A stretch of 63,411 nucleotides of DNA from Methylomonas koyamae (lineage in GTDB: Bacteria; Pseudomonadota; Gammaproteobacteria; Methylococcales; Methylomonadaceae), in NCBI GenBank assembly GCA_945877625.1, contig CAMCSF010000001.1, positions 1 through 63,411 on the forward strand, written 5' to 3'. Both the position numbers and the translations under genes were made by a program. Shown here piece after piece: positions 60,604 to 63,411 of this stretch. How positions within the stretch are numbered: the stretch's first letter is position 1; each line of letters starts with the position of its first letter. The notes below the pieces were generated by a model. That model saw only the letters and a list, made by a program, of their open reading frames with translations, searched no databases and was not told the origin of the DNA.

Positions 60604-61684
60604 TCATTGCCTTGTTAATTAATTGCGCTTCTTGTTCGGTCAAATGAGGGCCTATTGGAAGGCTAAGCACTTGATCGTGTATTTGCTCTGCAATTGGGAA
60701 AGAGCCTTTTGAATACCCAAGCTCGGTATATGCAGTTTGCAAATGTGGTGGTATTGGATAATGAATTACTGTTCCTATGCCTAATAATTCTAATTCTTTT
60801 TGAATAAACTCTCTTTCTTTGGTGCGCACCACAAATAGATGCCAGACGGGATTGGCCCATTCGGGTACAACTGGTAAAACTATTGGCAAATCTTTTAAAG
60901 AATCTATATAGTAATTTGCTATTAATTTTCGGCGAGTATTCCATTCATCGAGATTTTTTAATTTAACTCTTAAAAACGCAGCTTGTATTTCATCTAGCCT
61001 AGAATTGAATCCTTTGACTTCATTCAAATATTTAACCCGTGAACCATAATTTCTTAATATTCTGATTTTGTCTGCTAATTCATCATCATTAGTGGTTATT
61101 GCGCCGCCATCGCCTAAAGCGCCTAGATTTTTGCCAGGATAAAAGCTGTGGCCTGCAGCATTGCCTAAACCACCTGTAGCAATGCCATTGTATTTCGCGC
61201 CTTGAGATTGTGCTGCATCTTCGATTACTCTTAGATTATATTTAGTCGCTATTTTATTTATTTCATGCATATTAGCTGGCTGACCATATAAATGAACAGC
61301 CATAATTGCTTTGGTTTTATTGGTGATTGCTTTTTCAATTAACTCAGGGTTAATGTTGTATGTATGAATGTCTGGTTCAACTGGAATTGGTGTGGCACCT
61401 GCGTAAGATACTGCCAGCCAAGTTGCAATATAAGTATTTGATGGAACAATCACTTCATCGCCATTGCCTATTTCGTAGGCACGCAAAATAAGGTGTAGAG
61501 CATCTAAACCATTACCAACGCCGATACAATGTTTTGCACCACAATAGGCTGCGTATTCTTGTTCAAATGCCTCTAGTTGATGGCCTTGGATAAACCATCC
61601 GCTATTAAGCACTTCTTCGAAAGCGTTTCGCAATTCTTCGCGCAGTTCTTGATGAGGTTGTTTTAAATCTAAAAACGGTATCAT
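60575..61684 (-). CDS. fdtB: dTDP-3-amino-3,6-dideoxyhexose aminotransferase (FdtB/QdtB-like)
   Basis: [37 protein letters not shown]; follows fdtA. Confidence 0.85.
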   Translation of the reverse strand: MIPFLDLKQPHQELREELRNAFEEVLNSGWFIQGHQLEAFEQEYAAYCGAKHCIGVGNGLDALHLILRAYEIGNGDEVIVPSNTYIATWLAVSYAGATPIPVEPDIHTYNINPELIEKAITNKTKAIMAVHLYGQPANMHEINKIATKYNLRVIEDAAQSQGAKYNGIATGGLGNAAGHSFYPGKNLGALGDGGAITTNDDELADKIRILRNYGSRVKYLNEVKGFNSRLDEIQAAFLRVKLKNLDEWNTRRKLIANYYIDSLKDLPIVLPVVPEWANPVWHLFVVRTKEREFIQKELELLGIGTVIHYPIPPHLQTAYTELGYSKGSFPIAEQIHDQVLSLPIGPHLTEQEAQLINKAMSDAFTRLCR

Positions 61685-61701
61685 GTTCTGAATTAATCTA
61701 T

Positions 61702-62112
61702 TTAAGTATTGTGTACTAAAGTTGTAAAGTCTTCATAATCACGATAATAATCGGATTCATCATATACTGTTGATGCTAATACTAAGCAAACGCCGCCCGA
61801 TGAAAAGTTTTCGACTTCTCGCCACATCATTTTTGGAATATATAATCCATAATACGATCGGTTTAATTGAAACTTTTTTCTTTGATAGCCATCGTCGACA
61901 ATGACATCAAAACTGCCTGACATTGCAATTATCAATTGTTGAAGTTCTTTATGTCCGTGTCCTGCTCTGGCTGATCCGCCAGGGACATCGTATAAATAAT
62001 AAACCCGCTTAATATCAAATGGCACATTAATTCCGCCTTCGATGACTGAAAGATTGCCTCTAGGATCAGATATCTTGGGTAATTCGATTATTCTGCAATC
62101 TTTTATGCTCAT
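61702..62112 (-). CDS. fdtA: dTDP-6-deoxy-3,4-ketoisomerase (FdtA/QdtA cupin)
   Basis: [34 protein letters not shown]. Confidence 0.88.
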   Translation of the reverse strand: MSIKDCRIIELPKISDPRGNLSVIEGGINVPFDIKRVYYLYDVPGGSARAGHGHKELQQLIIAMSGSFDVIVDDGYQRKKFQLNRSYYGLYIPKMMWREVENFSSGGVCLVLASTVYDESDYYRDYEDFTTLVHNT

Positions 62113-62114
62113 TA

Positions 62115-62624
62115 TTAATTTTCAGATTGTGTATTTGTATAGCCAGTAATTCTAGCTGGGTTACCTACAACGATTGCATTTGGCGGAACAGATTTCGTTA
62201 CTACTGCGCCTGCACCTATCATCGCACCTTCATTAATAATTATTCCCGGTAAAATAGTGGCATTGGCGCCAATTGAAGCACCTGCTTTAATAATGGTTGT
62301 CAAGAAATGTTCGGGGTATACTTTCGATCTTGGGAATAAATCATTTGTAAATGTGACATTGGGTCCGATGAAAACATCATCTTCAACCCTCAAACCATCC
62401 CATAATTGAACGCCGCTTTTTATGGTTACATTGTCACCAATCACCACGTCATTTTCAATTAAGACATGTGCACATATATTGCAATTAGCGCCTATTTTTG
62501 CTTCTTTCAATACGACACAAAATTGCCATATTCGCGTGTCTGCGCCAATGTATTTACTTTGTACATCTGAAATGGGGTGTATGTAATAGTCTGACAATTG
62601 ATTACCTATTTTTAATATACTCAA
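62115..62624 (-). CDS. Hexapeptide N-acyltransferase (FdtC/WxcM-like)
   Basis: [27 protein letters not shown]. Confidence 0.85.
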   Translation of the reverse strand: MSILKIGNQLSDYYIHPISDVQSKYIGADTRIWQFCVVLKEAKIGANCNICAHVLIENDVVIGDNVTIKSGVQLWDGLRVEDDVFIGPNVTFTNDLFPRSKVYPEHFLTTIIKAGASIGANATILPGIIINEGAMIGAGAVVTKSVPPNAIVVGNPARITGYTNTQSEN

Positions 62625-63160
62625 TCGGAATCGTTTAAGTTTTTATTATTTTGATCTTTGGGCGAAAGCGTTAATTCTTCAATAATTGGCCATTCAATAT
62701 TAATAGATGGATCATTCCACGCGATGCCTTTTTCATATTCTGGTGCATAATAATCTGTCGTTTTATACAAAAATTCTGCGGTATCCGATAAGGTGACAAA
62801 ACCATGGGCAAATCCCTCTGGTATCCATAATTGTCTTTTATTCTCTGCTGATAAAATTTCGCCAACCCATTGTCCAAAGGTGGGGGAGTCTTTGCGAATA
62901 TCGACCGCTACATCAAATACTTCACCTTGTACCACTCTGACTAATTTGCCTTGCGCTTTAGGGGCGATTTGGTAATGTAAACCGCGCAAAACGCCTTTTT
63001 GCGATTTAGAGTGATTGTCTTGAACAAATTGAACCTCATAACCAATGGCTTGATTAAACGCTGCTTGATTAAAGCTTTCAAAAAAGTAACCCCGTTCGTC
63101 GCCGAAAACTTTCGGTTCGATTAGGACAACATCTGCGATTCTAAGTGGGGTTGCTTTCAT
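62621..63160 (-). CDS. rmlC: dTDP-4-dehydrorhamnose 3,5-epimerase
   Basis: [38 protein letters not shown]. Confidence 0.95.
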   Translation of the reverse strand: MKATPLRIADVVLIEPKVFGDERGYFFESFNQAAFNQAIGYEVQFVQDNHSKSQKGVLRGLHYQIAPKAQGKLVRVVQGEVFDVAVDIRKDSPTFGQWVGEILSAENKRQLWIPEGFAHGFVTLSDTAEFLYKTTDYYAPEYEKGIAWNDPSINIEWPIIEELTLSPKDQNNKNLNDSD

Positions 63161-63265
63161 TTATTTTTTGTAAAACTCTTCTAAATCAATTGTTTGCAAC
63201 ATTCTGTAATAAATGGTGATTCTATCGTATTTCATCTTTTAAGATGATTACATTTCATTATAATT

Positions 63266-63411
63266 CCTGATTAGCAAGATAACTCAGCCATCAACCCTAG
63301 ATGAGAGTAAACTGGGCTAAACGTGAAAATTCAAGAGGTTAGCCGCCATGTCAATGAATCGTATTCAATTTCAACACGGCATATCCTTGCCGGAATTTTT
63401 AAAACAGTACG
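63266..63411 (+). mobile_element. IS1595-family element, left end and start of transposase (runs off window)
   Basis: CCTGATTAGCAAGATAACTCAGCC end, nearly identical to 48189. ATG 63348 reads MSMNRIQFQHGISLPEFLKQY. Confidence 0.88.

Overview
A 63.4-kb proteobacterial cell-surface locus, probably gammaproteobacterial (taxon cannot be fixed from this window). Both edges end in IS1595-family elements. From left to right: (1) a GDP-D-rhamnose/mannose ABC-exported glycan cluster (gmd, rmd, manB, manC, wzm/wzt, FkbM methyltransferase, multidomain GT4, acyltransferase); (2) a second Wzm/Wzt cluster with two large fusion enzymes; (3) a Crp / FecR-domain / CHASE2-cyclase / TPR-barrel signalling module, followed by a CRP-type box at class II spacing ahead of S-layer-like gene A; (4) a short array of genes (higBA, cyclophilin fusion, Y1 HUH transposase, small protein) punctuated by one 20-bp inverted-repeat family; (5) an ArnA-like/ArnB-like/BKACE/acyltransferase/glycosyltransferase cluster; (6) S-layer-like gene B, inverted relative to A, next to an intact tyrosine recombinase; (7) a Wzx/Wzy O-antigen cluster with several IS/MITE scars. 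Most interesting: the inverted S-layer pair, which shares an N-terminus and a covarying structured 5' leader; the non-canonical cyclase/Crp module apparently wired to S-layer A; and the repeat-delimited gene array around the Y1 transposase. All functional models are inferences from sequence alone; no database searches were run.
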